Shown here piece by piece: positions 24,559-37,834 of a stretch of 64,000 bases of DNA. The translations under genes and the position numbers were made by a program. Below the pieces are notes generated by a model, which did not search any database, had not been told where the DNA came from, and saw only the letters and a program-made list of their open reading frames with translations. The DNA comes from Octopus bimaculoides (lineage: Eukaryota): contig NC_068988.1 in assembly GCF_001194135.2 (NCBI RefSeq), positions 53,997,264-54,061,263 on the forward strand, read 5' to 3'. Every line of letters begins with the position of its first letter. Within the stretch, counting starts at the first letter, position 1.

Positions 24559-25145
24559 CAAATAAATTCTAAAGTTACCTGTTCCAGAACATAGTAGCGC
24601 TACTTTCAGTAAAGTATGAAAACTTAACATAAACATGTTTTATTAAAGCATAGAATTGAATCAACAAAAGTAATATTGTCAGAGTCAATATTTGATACGT
24701 ACATACATGCATACATATAATTATACATACATACGCACACACACATATATATATATAATTAAACACACACACACACACACATAATATACACGTACGTATG
24801 TATGCATGTATGTATGTATGTATGTATGTATGTCAATATACTTATGTAGACGTGTTTGATGTATGTATATTTCCAACTCATTATTCATACTAGTTTGCTG
24901 TCACATTCATGTGTCGATCTTCAACTCAAGACAATGTACTCCCTCACAGTGGAGGTGTATAAGAACTTCTGTCGAGTCACATTCACTTCGTTGTATTATG
25001 TAGACCTTCAAATGAACCCAAGTCACGTGGCATATTTCACCTCTGTGTGAACACCTACAATTATAGATACACACACCTGTGTACTTTCATACGCTCAGTA
25101 GCTATACCTTGTCTCATATATATATGCTCAGTTTTGTATTGTATA

Positions 25146-25186
<41 letters not shown>

Positions 25187-25201
25187 GTATGTATATGTAT
25201 G

Positions 25202-25236
<35 letters not shown>

Positions 25237-25340
25237 ATATATATATATATGTATATATGTATATGTGTATGTGTATATATTTTTGTGTATGTATGTATTT
25301 ATAAATACACACACATTGTGTGTGGTGTATACACACACAT

Positions 25341-25376
<36 letters not shown>

Positions 25377-25915
25377 CTCCACCATTCTTCAGGAGTTACT
25401 TTGAAGAAGACATGATCATCAGATCTAAGTAGCCAGTCACATTTATCTGATCACATGAAAGAAATTGCCTTTCATGTGTATTGTGTTTTCCAATCAACAT
25501 AGATCGATTATAAAAAAAATGTAACAAACAATATACGTACACACACACAGACACAGACACAGACACGAAGACAGACACATGCACTCACACTTAGTCACAA
25601 ACGTATGAGTTGTAGGTACATGCTGTCATACATATGTTCATGTATATATATACATCCTTCAAATATAACTTCATCCACACATACATCCTCAAACATTACA
25701 TGAAAGATGTATACTTAAAGTCATCCGTTCATCCATTCATTCTTTCAGATATCCATCCTACATATGCATATATATATATATATATATTCACACACATGTG
25801 AATAGACATAAACACATGCATACACACACACATACTTGTGAGTACACATATGACATATATGTACACAGTCATCCATCTGTTACAAACACTTATATATGTG
25901 TGCATGGCCAGTTGC

Positions 25916-25955
<40 letters not shown>

Positions 25956-27415
25956 NNNNNNNNNNNNNNNNNNNNNNNNNNNNNNNNNNNNNNNNNNNNN
26001 NNNNNNNNNNNNNNNNNNNNNNNNNNNNNNNNNNNNNNNNNNNNNNNNNNNNNNNNNNNNNNNNNNNNNNNNNNNNNNNNNNNNNNNNNNNNNNNNNNNN
26101 NNNNNNNNNNNNNNNNNNNNNNNNNNNNNNNNNNNNNNNNNNNNNNNNNNNNNNNNNNNNNNNNNNNNNNNNNNNNNNNNNNNNNNNNNNNNNNNNNNNN
26201 NNNNNNNNNNNNNNNNNNNNNNNNNNNNNNNNNNNNNNNNNNNNNNNNNNNNNNNNNNNNNNNNNNNNNNNNNNNNNNNNNNNNNNNNNNNNNNNNNNNN
26301 NNNNNNNNNNNNNNNNNNNNNNNNNNNNNNNNNNNNNNNNNNNNNNNNNNNNNNNNNNNNNNNNNNNNNNNNNNNNNNNNNNNNNNNNNNNNNNNNNNNN
26401 NNNNNNNNNNNNNNNNNNNNNNNNNNNNNNNNNNNNNNNNNNNNNNNNNNNNNNNNNNNNNNNNNNNNNNNNNNNNNNNNNNNNNNNNNNNNNNNNNNNN
26501 NNNNNNNNNNNNNNNNNNNNNNNNNNNNNNNNNNNNNNNNNNNNNNNNNNNNNNNNNNNNNNNNNNNNNNNNNNNNNNNNNNNNNNNNNNNNNNNNNNNN
26601 NNNNNNNNNNNNNNNNNNNNNNNNNNNNNNNNNNNNNNNNNNNNNNNNNNNNNNNNNNNNNNNNNNNNNNNNNNNNNNNNNNNNNNNNNNNNNNNNNNNN
26701 NNNNATATATATATTTATAAATATATATATATGTTTGTGTGTGTGCGTGTGTATATTTACATGAATGTGTGTATGGACGTGTGTGTGTGTGTGTGTGTGT
26801 GTGAGTGTGTGTGTGTGTGTGTGTGTCTGTGTTTGTGCGTGTGTGTGTGTATGTGTGTATGAGTCTGTTCCCTCACTGCTGGACAACCGGCGTCAGTTTG
26901 TTTATGACTCTGTAATTTAGCAGTTTGGTAAAGGAAACTGATGGAATAATTACCAGACTTTAAAATGAAAGATATCAGTACTGAGGGCAATTTGTTTGAC
27001 TATAACTCTTCAAGGTGGTGCCCAAGTATTGTTATGGTCTGATTACTAACATGAGTAAAATATATATATTTGTAAACGTGTGCATGTGTGTCTATGTGGT
27101 GCATAATCATGTATATGAAAACACATATGTAAGATAATCACACACGCACACACATACAAAATATACTTACATACATATATACATAGATATGTACATACAT
27201 ATGTATATGCATACACAGACAGTGCCCCAGCATGGACACAGCCTTAATGCTGAAACAAATAAAGGAATTAAAGAATACATACATATATATATATGTACAT
27301 AATTACATGCATATATACTTATATATAGATACAGACATACATGCATACTTACATAGCCAAACCAACCAACCCATGCCAGCATAGAAAACGGACGTTAAAT
27401 GATGATGACAACATA

Positions 27416-27447
<32 letters not shown>

Positions 27448-28458
27448 ATTATCTTACATATGTGTTTTCATATACATGATTATGCACCACATAGACACAT
27501 ATATATAACAGTTTATATATTGCTGTCGACAGTTTATATTTTAAGAATAAAAGAACTTTTAAATTTTTTGGTTAATATGTCAAGTCATAATGTAGCTGAT
27601 AAAGAAGGTTTAATGAATTACTTTGATTTATTTTGTTTATTATCCGGATAATAAATATTAGGTTTATTAATAAGGTGGACTTAATAGTAAATTTAATTAT
27701 TAGTATGAATAGTTGAATATGGTTTTGTAAAGTGTACATATCGCCCGTCACTCTTGTTGGTTAAATAAGATAAGTCGTAACATAGTAGAAGTAATGGAAA
27801 TTGTTTCTGGTGTGTGTGTGTGTATATATACACAGTTATACATTTATATATATATATATCTATATATATATAAACCCCCCCCCCCACACACACATATATA
27901 TATATATATATATAAGTACATGTATATATATATGCATACAGAATTGTATACAACCATGCAAAAACAGAGAGATATACATAGGGAGAGAGTGAAGGAGAAA
28001 TATTTGTCAGAAACGATTGCTTAACCTAGTGGATAAATTGATAATTTATTTAGATGGATATTTCTTAAAGTGTGCATATTTATGTGGGAGTGTGTCCAAT
28101 ATAGCAATAATCCCACCAACACTATCACCAATACTACCAGTACTGCATTCACTGCCATCATCACCACCAACACCACCATTACCAAGAAGTTATCGATGAT
28201 AACATCTACAACAACACCAGACACACACACATTTTTAATTACATCAGTCAATTGTTATTTGTACGTGCTGTCACATGTTAGTTATATGTAACATATATAG
28301 CCTCTCAAACATGTTCACACCCACCCACGCATATACATACATACATACATACATAAATGCATACATACATACATACAAACACACACACATATATGTGTGT
28401 GCGTATATGTGTGTATGTGTGTTTGTGAGTGTTTGCATGTGTCCGCATGTATGTGTGG

Positions 28459-28512
<54 letters not shown>

Positions 28513-28571
28513 CCATATATCTCTGTTTGTAAATATACATATTTATTTACATTTTTTATATATATGTAATG

Positions 28572-28930
28572 CATTACCAACCACATGGTTCCGGGTTCAT
28601 TCCCACTGCGTAGCACCTTGGGCAAGTATCTTCTACTATAGCCTTGGGCCGACCAAAGCCTTGTGAGTGGATTTGGTAGACGGAAACTGAAAGAAGCCTG
28701 TCGTTTATATGTATATGTATATATATGTGTGTATGTCTGTGTTTGTCCCCACCAACATCGCTTGACAACTAATGTTGGTGTGTTTACGTCCCTGTAACTT
28801 AGCAGTTCGGCAAAAGAGACCGATAGAATAAGTACTAGGCTTACAAAGAATAAATCCTGGGGTCAATTTGATCGACTAAAGTTGGTGCTCCAGCATGGCT
28901 GCAGTCAAATGACTGAAACAAGTAAAAGAG
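28572..28930 (+). mobile_element. SINE family A1, near full length
   Basis: ggttccgggttcattccc B box through gactgaaacaagtaaaagag. Confidence 0.88.
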
Positions 28931-29133
28931 TATATGTATATATATGTTTAACTATATATATATATATGAGTATATAAAATAATATATATATATATGTATA
29001 TATATATATGCACATGCATATATTTATATATATATTATGTACGTGTGTGTGTTTGGATCTATATATATACATGTATAAGCAAATATATATGTGTGTATAT
29101 GTATATGTGTAAGTTTGTGTGTTTGTGTATGTG

Positions 29134-29164
<31 letters not shown>

Positions 29165-30104
29165 CACCATTGACATCATCATCATCATCATTTAACAACT
29201 ATGTTCTATACTGACATGATTGGACAGTTTGAGAAGATCCAATGGGCCAAGTACTTCAATGTGCTCCTGAGTCTCCTTTGGGCACAGTCTTTATAGCTGG
29301 ATAGCCTTCCAAATGTCAACCATATTGTGACATGTACTAGGTGCTTTGTTTCATTCCACCAGCACTAATGGGGTCACCATGCAGCTTGTAAGACTAGAAA
29401 TCATGAGGGTGCACCTTTCAACTAGGAGATAGGGGGTACAAGTGTTAGGGAAGGGTAAGAGCAGAACAAATGTTTTTTGCAGTAGAGGATCTATGGATCT
29501 ATGGGACTACACTATTTGCGTTTCAGAAGAGAGGACATTAATGGTTGAATGGTTGGGTGTAGTTTGGAAAGCAATAAAAATAATAGTGATGTGGTATCAG
29601 GGTGGACCTTCAGGTTATTAAGAAGACAGAAACGAGAGTGGTGCAGAGGGACCAGGAGTTTGGGTAGGTGAAGGCTATGGGAAGTGTGAGAAGGAGATAA
29701 CTGACAGTGCAGAACAGCAGAATGGTAATGAGGATAGAGTAGACAGGAGAAGGCTGGGTGAGAGGTGACATGATGTTGGATAGTTTGTAGAAGTGAGGTG
29801 GGAAAGAGAGAGAGAGAGAGAGGCAGGTGTAGTGCATGAGGTGGGTAAGAGACTTATGGTGGTGATGGAGGAGGGGAAAGATAATTTGGTGGCTAAGATG
29901 ATCAATGAAAGTGTGGGTAGATAGAGGAGTTATTAAATGGATGAAGGATGGATGATAAATGAAATGGATTTGGGTATTGAGAAAAGTAAGTGGTGTCAAG
30001 GGAGAGCTGCAGTAAGAAGGAGATTGGGCAAAAGGCCTAGTTGTTTACACACACACACACACACACATAAATATATGAATATAAATATATAACATATATG
30101 TGTG

Positions 30105-30140
<36 letters not shown>

Positions 30141-30689
30141 GATAGATATGTATTTATATATATACACATATGCATGCATACATACATACATACATACATA
30201 GATCTACATACATGCATATGTGTGTGTGTGTGTGTGAGTGTGTGTGTGTGTGTGTGTGTTTATGTATGTATATATGACAAATGTGAGCACATGCACTTTT
30301 GTTCCATTAATATTCAGTATGCATATATGCACTCACATTCATGTGGATACATGCAGAAATGTGTGCAAACATATGTGCAGTTGAGTGTATATATGCACAC
30401 TGAACTGTGCTTGTGTATTCTAATAGCAAAACAAAACTTACATTTGTATATTCACCCACAGACACACTTGATGCACATGTACTCTTCGTTGTATATATCC
30501 ATCTGTCATTCTTCATTTAAACCTAATTAGAAAGCTACATATATAATTAAGTAATAAAATGTCTAAGGGCATATACAGATACGTGCCTATGTAATATACA
30601 TGGCATGTATGTTTGTGTTCATATATATACATGAGCTGTACAAATTTCGTATATAAACATGAGCTTTATAAATTTCATTCATATTCTTC

Positions 30690-30901
30690 TTTTATTCTTC
30701 TTTTACTTGCTTCAGTAACTTGACTGCAGCCATGATGGAGTACTTGCCTTTTAGTTGAACAAATCAACCCCAGGACTTATTCCTTGTAAGCCTAGTACTT
30801 ATTCTATTGGTGTCTTTTGCCGAACCGCTAAGTGACAGGGATGAAAACACACCAACATCAGTTGTCAAGCGATGATGGGGTGACAAACACAGACACAAAA
30901 G

Positions 30902-30993
<92 letters not shown>

Positions 30994-31235
30994 CACACAC
31001 ACACACACTGATACACACACAAACACACACTCACGCACGCATGCACGCACACACACACACACACACACACATATACATGACAGGCTTCTTTCAGTTTCTG
31101 TCAACCAAATCCACTCACAAGGCTTCGGTCAGCCTGAGGTTATAGCAGTAGACACTTGCTCAAGGTGCTACACAGTGGGACTGAACCCAGAAGTTTGTGA
31201 TTGGGAAGCAAGCTTCTTACCACACAGCCATGCCT
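30690..31235 (-). mobile_element. SINE family A1 full length with expanded internal (CA)n
   Basis: Reverse complement of the 45876 consensus, with ~190 bp internal microsatellite. Confidence 0.88.
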
Positions 31236-31644
31236 GTATGCAAAAAAATATTTTCTCGCCACATTTATTTTTTTGAATGGTTGGTTGGCAAGGAAAAAAA
31301 CTGTGCATATAGTGTTCTTAGGACCTCCATGACAAACCTGATTCTCTTGAGCAGATATAAGGTGACAGTAGCATGGAACATTTGGGCAAAGCAGGTTGAC
31401 ATTCTGGGGATGAAGAAGTGGATATTGTGATTAGTGTAGGGCCATGTGAAAACATGTGGCCTAGTGGTTAGGGCATAGGGTTTATAAGCATAATGCAGTA
31501 GGTTCAATTTCTGATCTGGGTGATGAGTTCTGTCCCTATACAAAACCTTTCATTGTTCATTGTTCCAGTGATCTCAGCTGAAATGAGTTCCAGCTATTTT
31601 TGTTCATCTAATGCCCATTTAATAACACCACCACCACCGCCACC

Positions 31645-31704
<60 letters not shown>

Positions 31705-31716
31705 AACAATAATAAT

Positions 31717-32042
31717 GTGAAGGTGTGTGGCTTAGTGGTTAGAGCATTCAGCTCATGATCATAAGGATGTGATTTCAATTCCTGGTGATGCATTGTGTCC
31801 TTGAGCAAGACACTTCATTTCATGTTGCTCCAGTCCACTTAGCTGGCAAAAATGAGTAGCACCTGTATTTCAAGGGGTCAGCCTTGTCACATCCTGTGTC
31901 ACACTGAATCTCCCTGAGAACTACGTTAAAGGTATGTGTGTCTGTGGAGTGCTCAGCCACTTGCATGTTAATTTCATGAGCAAGCTGTTCCATTGATCAT
32001 ATCAGCTGAGACCCTCATCGTCATAACCGATGGAGTGCTCCT

Positions 32043-32131
<89 letters not shown>
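31717..32131 (+). mobile_element. tRNA-derived SINE family C full length with (TAA)n tail
   Basis: tggcttagtggttagagc A box; gatttcaattcc B box; tgtgtccttgagcaagacactt; ~88 bp (TAA)n. Confidence 0.85.
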
Positions 32132-32132
<1 letters not shown>

Positions 32133-32134
32133 TA

Positions 32135-32625
32135 CCCTGATGCAGTACCAGGCAGTGACTCTCTCATGGCTTCTCATCTCAACTGATTGGAAGTGTTATC
32201 ATGTACATTGTTTTGTCTTGGTATAAAAGATGGGCTACAGCAAATATTCTGCTCAATGCCAGAGATTTGCTTGTCAGTTGTTTGACCTTAACCAGTTGAG
32301 CATGTCTCATAGTGGCTGACAATATGTGCAGCTCTGATTAGAGCTGAAGTAAGGGGAGCTTCATAGCCATGTGTTGAGAGGAATTCTTTGAGGTTTAGAT
32401 AGTTTACCTTTGGAAACATGTGTCAGTGTCACCTTAAAAACATCCAGCACACACTGTGAAATGGTTGGTATTAGGGAGGGAATCCCGCTGTAGAAATCTA
32501 GCTAAATCAAACTGGTACCTGGTGCAGCTCTCTGGTTTGTCAGCTCTGATCAAATCGTCCAACCCATGCCAGCATGGAAAACAGATGTTAAAAAATGATG
32601 GTGATGATGATGATGATGATGATAT
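32135..32625 (+). mobile_element. Repeat ending in an RTE-type tail
   Basis: tggttggtattagggagggaatcc.gctgtagaaa...tcgtccaacccatgccagcatggaa...(gat)n. Confidence 0.6.
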
Positions 32626-33616
32626 ATATACAGGGTTGTCAAAAAAATTCGATTTTTCTTTCCATTTATTTTAATCCTTTCTAATGTTATTTGAATTAAT
32701 GCACAAAATATTTTTATTGTAGTATTTTATGGTTTTTCTTGTAGCTATATTCTTCCTCTGCAACTTTTGTTTGTTTTTGAAGTTTGAATAAATTTTACCA
32801 CTTTCCAGACATATGAATGAGAGCCAAGTAGTAAAAAAAATTTTCGACCCGATGACCCAACATATGTATATATGTACATACACATATATATATATATATC
32901 TTTGAATTATTTTACTAAACATCTCTAAATTCTTGACTATTTGGAAAATCAATTTTAACATTCAGTGACTAAATTATTATTAGAATTAATGTCAAGAAAA
33001 GTTTAATGATGGTAGTTCTAATTTGGGTAGAGTGTCTAATTAGAATATAGGTCCAATTAGAGTGGTAGGCCTAATTGAAATTGTAGGACTTATTGAGGGT
33101 GGGTAGGTCTCTATAGGATGGTACACCTTACTCAGATTGTTATTGTTGTTTAACCCCAGGATAGCTCTAATTAAGCAGACCTTTGATGAAAAATTTCCAG
33201 CAGTGTCCATTCTATATTTGTTTCCTATATTCATGGAGTCTAGAACTCTATTATTCTGCTTGTCCTTTTCTATGATGCGAGAGGATCAATTTGGTTGCAA
33301 TCCGTAGGCGGCTGAGTGATTACATAGAGCAGTCTGAACTGAATTATTATGAACAGATACACCATTCCAGCCAGGGAAGTTCGACTGGAGCCATGCTGGG
33401 TCCCAACCATGAAGAATTTTAGCTGAATGAATTAATTTAGCACTTTATGTTTAAACCTGGTCTCTTTTGCCAGACTGCTAAATTATGGGAATGTAAATGC
33501 ACCAGCATTGGTTGCCAAGTGGTGGTAGGAGACAAACACAGACACAAAGATATACCCCACTACACACACACACACACACACATTTATATATCTATCTATC
33601 TATATATATATATATA

Positions 33617-34315
33617 CTAGCTGAGGTATCTGGTAATAAATTACCGTTAATATTATGTCTTTATAGCCATGAAACATTTTTCATCAAATTTCGACATTTT
33701 TCAAAAATTTAAAATCTATAATCTATATTAATGGGTAGGACCAATTTGACGATAAAATGAGCAGCATCTGGTAGTGAACCCTTGTCATCGTCATTTTTGT
33801 GCATGTGCGTAAAATGTCGAAATTTTACGCTTTAGTCAAATTTACGATTTCGTCAAATTTACGATTTCGTCAAATTGATGTCACAATGGCTAGTGTGCAA
33901 AATGCCTAAATTTTGCTTTTGAAATAAAATGCTCTTACCTGAAACACTGCAGAATTAAAACAATGAATTGAAATAATAAATTTTAGCAAATCAAAACAAT
34001 TTGCATTGAAATGCAGAATTACCAAATGCTAAATAGATTATTGTTAATAAGCTGTCTGTTTATATACATGAAACATTTTTCGTCAAATTTCAGCATTTTT
34101 TGTCAAATTGATGTCACGGTAGCTAGTGCGGAAAATGCCCAAATTTTATGATTTTTGAAAAATCAAGGATGATTAAAAATCGATATTTTAAAAAATTCCA
34201 AGTGTGCAGGTAACTGCATGGGCATAAGTCCCACACACGTGTCAAGTTTCACCAAGGTCTGTTGGATAGCCTTGGAGGAATTAAAGTAACAAATTCACAA
34301 ACACACAAACTTGCC

Positions 34316-34360
<45 letters not shown>
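33617..34360 (-). mobile_element. Non-autonomous Helitron-like element
   Basis: Minus-strand 3' end ggtaat-tt-attacc hairpin ...CTAG|T at 33617; other end caagtttcaccaaggtctgttggatagccttgg...acacacaaacttgccatttatt; internal duplicated segment. Confidence 0.6.
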
Positions 34361-34365
<5 letters not shown>

Positions 34366-34366
<1 letters not shown>

Positions 34367-35368
34367 CTATATCTATACTATATATAAAACAGAGATGTGT
34401 GTGTAATCGCTTTTCCCGTGAAATCNNNNNNNNNNNNNNNNNNNNNNNNNNNNNNNNNNNNNNNNNNNNNNNNNNNNNNNNNNNNNNNNNNNNNNNNNNN
34501 NNNNNNNNNNNNNNNNNNNNNNNNNNNNNNNNNNNNNNNNNNNNNNNNNNNNNNNNNNNNNNNNNNNNNNNNNNNNNNNNNNNNNNNNNNNNNNNNNNNN
34601 NNNNNNNNNNNNNNNNNNNNNNNNNNNNNNNNNNNNNNNNNNNNNNNNNNNNNNNNNNNNNNNNNNNNNNNNNNNNNNNNNNNNNNNNNNNNNNNNNNNN
34701 NNNNNNNNNNNNNNNNNNNNNNNNNNNNNNNNNNNNNNNNNNNNNNNNNCACACGCGCACACACACACCCCTTCACTCACTCACACTCTGTCTCTTACAA
34801 ACACACACATACATAAATGTATACAAGCATATTTACAAAGACACACGTGTGTATGCACGCGCATGCGTGTTTGTAAGAGACAGAGTGTGAGTGAGTCAAG
34901 GGCTGTGTTGTCATATGCATACATCCAAAGATGTATGTATATTTATGCATGTATGTATACATGACAACAAACCTCTCTCTTTCACTCACACTCTGTCTCT
35001 TACAAACACACACATACATAAATGTATACAAACATATTTACAAAGACACACGTGTGTATGCGCGCGTGCGTGCGTGTGGGGGTGGTTCCACAATCGACAT
35101 TTATTTCAATTACTCTTGTGAGGATATTCACGTAAATCATTTCTTTCATTTAATCCACATTTTAATTTTCGTAAAAGTTTTCAAGTACCAATGAGGATTT
35201 TTGGCACATCTTCAATTTTCCCCATTCATGAGAGGCGCCCAGCCATCATTCATCTGAGAGTCCATCTACAGAATGTCCTCAAATTTCTATACAGCATATT
35301 TTGCCTTTTTTTCTTCAAGTATATAAGCAACAATTTCATTCCCGAGCAATGCCGGGTGCCTCTGCTAG
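34366..35368 (+). mobile_element. Non-autonomous Helitron
   Basis: A|TCTATATCTATACTATATATAAA 5' end; 3' cccg...gccggg hairpin followed by CTAG|T at 35365-35369. Confidence 0.8.
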
Positions 35369-35384
35369 TATATATATAAAACTA

Positions 35385-35912
35385 TGGCCTATGCCAGTGG
35401 AGCATAACTGGCCCATTTAAGAGTACCCTTCAATCATTGGGCAATAAACTGCGCTTGCAAAGACCTGTTGGGTCAAGTGAAGTAATTGTTGTGGCTGATG
35501 ACAGTACCGCCTGATTGGCACCCATGCTGGTGGCACGTAAAAAGCACCATTCGAGCTTGGTTGGTGCTAGTGCCGCTTGACTGGTCCTGTGTCAGTGGAA
35601 TGTAGAAAGTACCATTTGAGCATGGTCATTGCCAGTGCTGCCTCACTGGCTCCTGTGTTGGTGGCACGTAAAATGCATCATTCAAGCGTGTTCGATCCCA
35701 GTGCTGGCTGACTGGTCTCATGCGGGTGTCATGTAAAAAGCATCCTCTACACTCTCGGAGTGGCTGGTGTTAGGAAGGGCATCCAGCTGTAGAAACTTTG
35801 TCAGATCAGATTGGAACCTGGTGCAGCCTTCTGGCTTGCCAGTCCTCAGTCAAACCGTCCAACCCATGCCAGTATGGAAAGCGGACATTAAATGATGACG
35901 ACGATGATGATA
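35385..35912 (+). mobile_element. RTE LINE 3' UTR with four ~67-nt hairpin units and tail
   Basis: 35390-35470 matches the UTR after the RTE ORF at 21320; four degenerate units; canonical tail. Confidence 0.88.
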
Positions 35913-36058
35913 ATTAAGAGCATAGAAAAAATTTTTTGGAGCCTATATGCTGAAGATAGACACTAAATCATCTCACTACTTTAAAAAAAGTGGTGAGATG
36001 ATTTAGTGTCTATCTTCAGCATATAGGCTTCAAAGATTATTTTCTATGCCCTTAATTA
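35911..36058. repeat. ~72-bp-arm fold-back palindrome
   Basis: taattaagagcatagaaaa...ctcactacttt / aaagtggtgag...ttttctatgcccttaatta with a handful of mismatches. Confidence 0.92.
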
Positions 36059-36649
36059 TATAATTATATATGTGATTTCACCATAAGTCTATTTTTATAT
36101 ACTCGCCACTGATAAGATTAAAAACAAATTTTTATCCTTTATTATATATATATATATATATATATATATTGGGCTTCTTTCAGTTTCTGCCTTTCAAATT
36201 CACTAACAAGACTTTGATTGGCCCAAGGCTATAGTAGAATAAACTTGCCCAGGATACAATGCAGTGGACTGAACCCAGAACCATATGATTGGGAAGCAAA
36301 TTTCTTACCACACAGCCATGTTCCTATCTACAATTCACCATTGTGGTCGATTGGAGCTCTGTACTGAAAGTACAATTCTATGCTTAACCATTATAGCTCA
36401 TCAGGGGAACACTCTATTGCATTATGTTACAGAGATCTGTGATATAAATTGATATAAATTTGTGTTTACCACATTTTACCCTATATTTGTTCTGTAAATC
36501 ATAACCAGTAATACTACGATGTACAGTAGTAGCCAAAACTGCAATAGAAGCAGACTGGATGATGATAATCTATGTAGAACTCTAAACACAACAGTAGCAG
36601 TTGTACATCTATTTGTATATGCAAAATATATATGCATATATTATTAAGT

Positions 36650-36746
36650 TTGACTCAGCTCCATATGACTTAAAGCTCCTAGTATCTGATGAGATGGATG
36701 TGTCCTACACGCCTATGAAACTTTAAGTCATGTGGAGCTGAGTCAA
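36650..36746 (+). ncRNA. Type I hammerhead-ribozyme-like motif enclosed by a 26-bp inverted repeat
   Basis: CUGAUGA 36686-92, stem II, GAAA 36717-20, C-UUUAA-G, GUC at 36727-29, stem I agctcc..gtat / atgt-ggagct; 36650-75 is the reverse complement of 36721-46. Confidence 0.6.
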
Positions 36747-36927
36747 GCAGTTATTAAAAAAATATATGTAACTCCTACCAAATGTGTAGAATGCTACTTT
36801 CTTTCATTCATTCACTCAATCAGATTATATGTATGTTAAGGATAGGTCAGCTCTCTGAATTTTTAATATATTATTTGTTATTCATTGATGACCAAGGTCA
36901 CAAACATTGTGTGTGTATATGTGTGTG

Positions 36928-37012
<85 letters not shown>

Positions 37013-37160
37013 GTGTGTTTTTGTGTGAATAAATTGGAGGAAGATTCTTAATATATATGTGTACATATATGTGCACATGCATATATATTCATGTGTATAT
37101 ACATATGTGTGTGTGTACATATATATATGTACGTATGTATGAATATATATATGTATATAT

Positions 37161-37391
37161 TATTTCTTTACTACCCACAAGGGGCTACACACAGAGGGGA
37201 CAAACAAGGACAGACAAACGCATTAAGTCGATTACATCGACACCAGTGCATAACTGGTACTTATTTAATCGACCCCGAAAGGATGAAAGGCAAAGTCGAC
37301 CTCGGCGGAATTTGAACTCAGAACGTAACGGCAGACGAAATACCGCTAAGCATTTCGCCCGGCGTGCTAACGTTTCTGCCAGCTCGCCGCC
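37161..37391 (-). mobile_element. tRNA-derived SINE family B, full-length young copy
   Basis: ggcggcgagctggcagaaacgttagcacgccgggcg...gttctgagttcaaattccgccgagg...; CpGs retained. Confidence 0.9.
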
Positions 37392-37731
37392 ATATATATG
37401 TATATATGTGTGTGTGTGCGTGCATATATATATGTATACACAAATATAAGCACACATATACACTCATGCACATACAAAATGTATGTATGATGTACATGTA
37501 TGTAAATTTGTGTGTATATACATATTTGCGTGTTTATGTATACACCAGTAGGTGTGTTAAGGTCAACTGACACTACAATGGTTTTATCTATTTACAGAAT
37601 CTTCACTATTAAGGTTTTAATGATGAAGTGTAAGGTTTCTTTCTTCTACATGTAGTTTATGAGTAGGTGTATATCTGCCAAGTTGCACATGTGTGCAATG
37701 TATGTGTATATGTGTGTGTGTATGATATATG

Positions 37732-37783
<52 letters not shown>

Positions 37784-37834
37784 CATATATATATGTATAT
37801 ATGTTTTCTCGTGTGCCTGTGTGTATAAATTGGT

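Noticed and set aside
29600-30010. Purine-rich ORF-like stretch
   Set aside because: Probably very old LINE debris; could not be assigned to RTE vs L2/CR1 or to a strand with confidence
35480-35748. CRISPR-like appearance of the ~67-nt repeated hairpin units
   Set aside because: Units are tandem without unique spacers, lie in a LINE 3' UTR of an animal genome, and no cas genes are present
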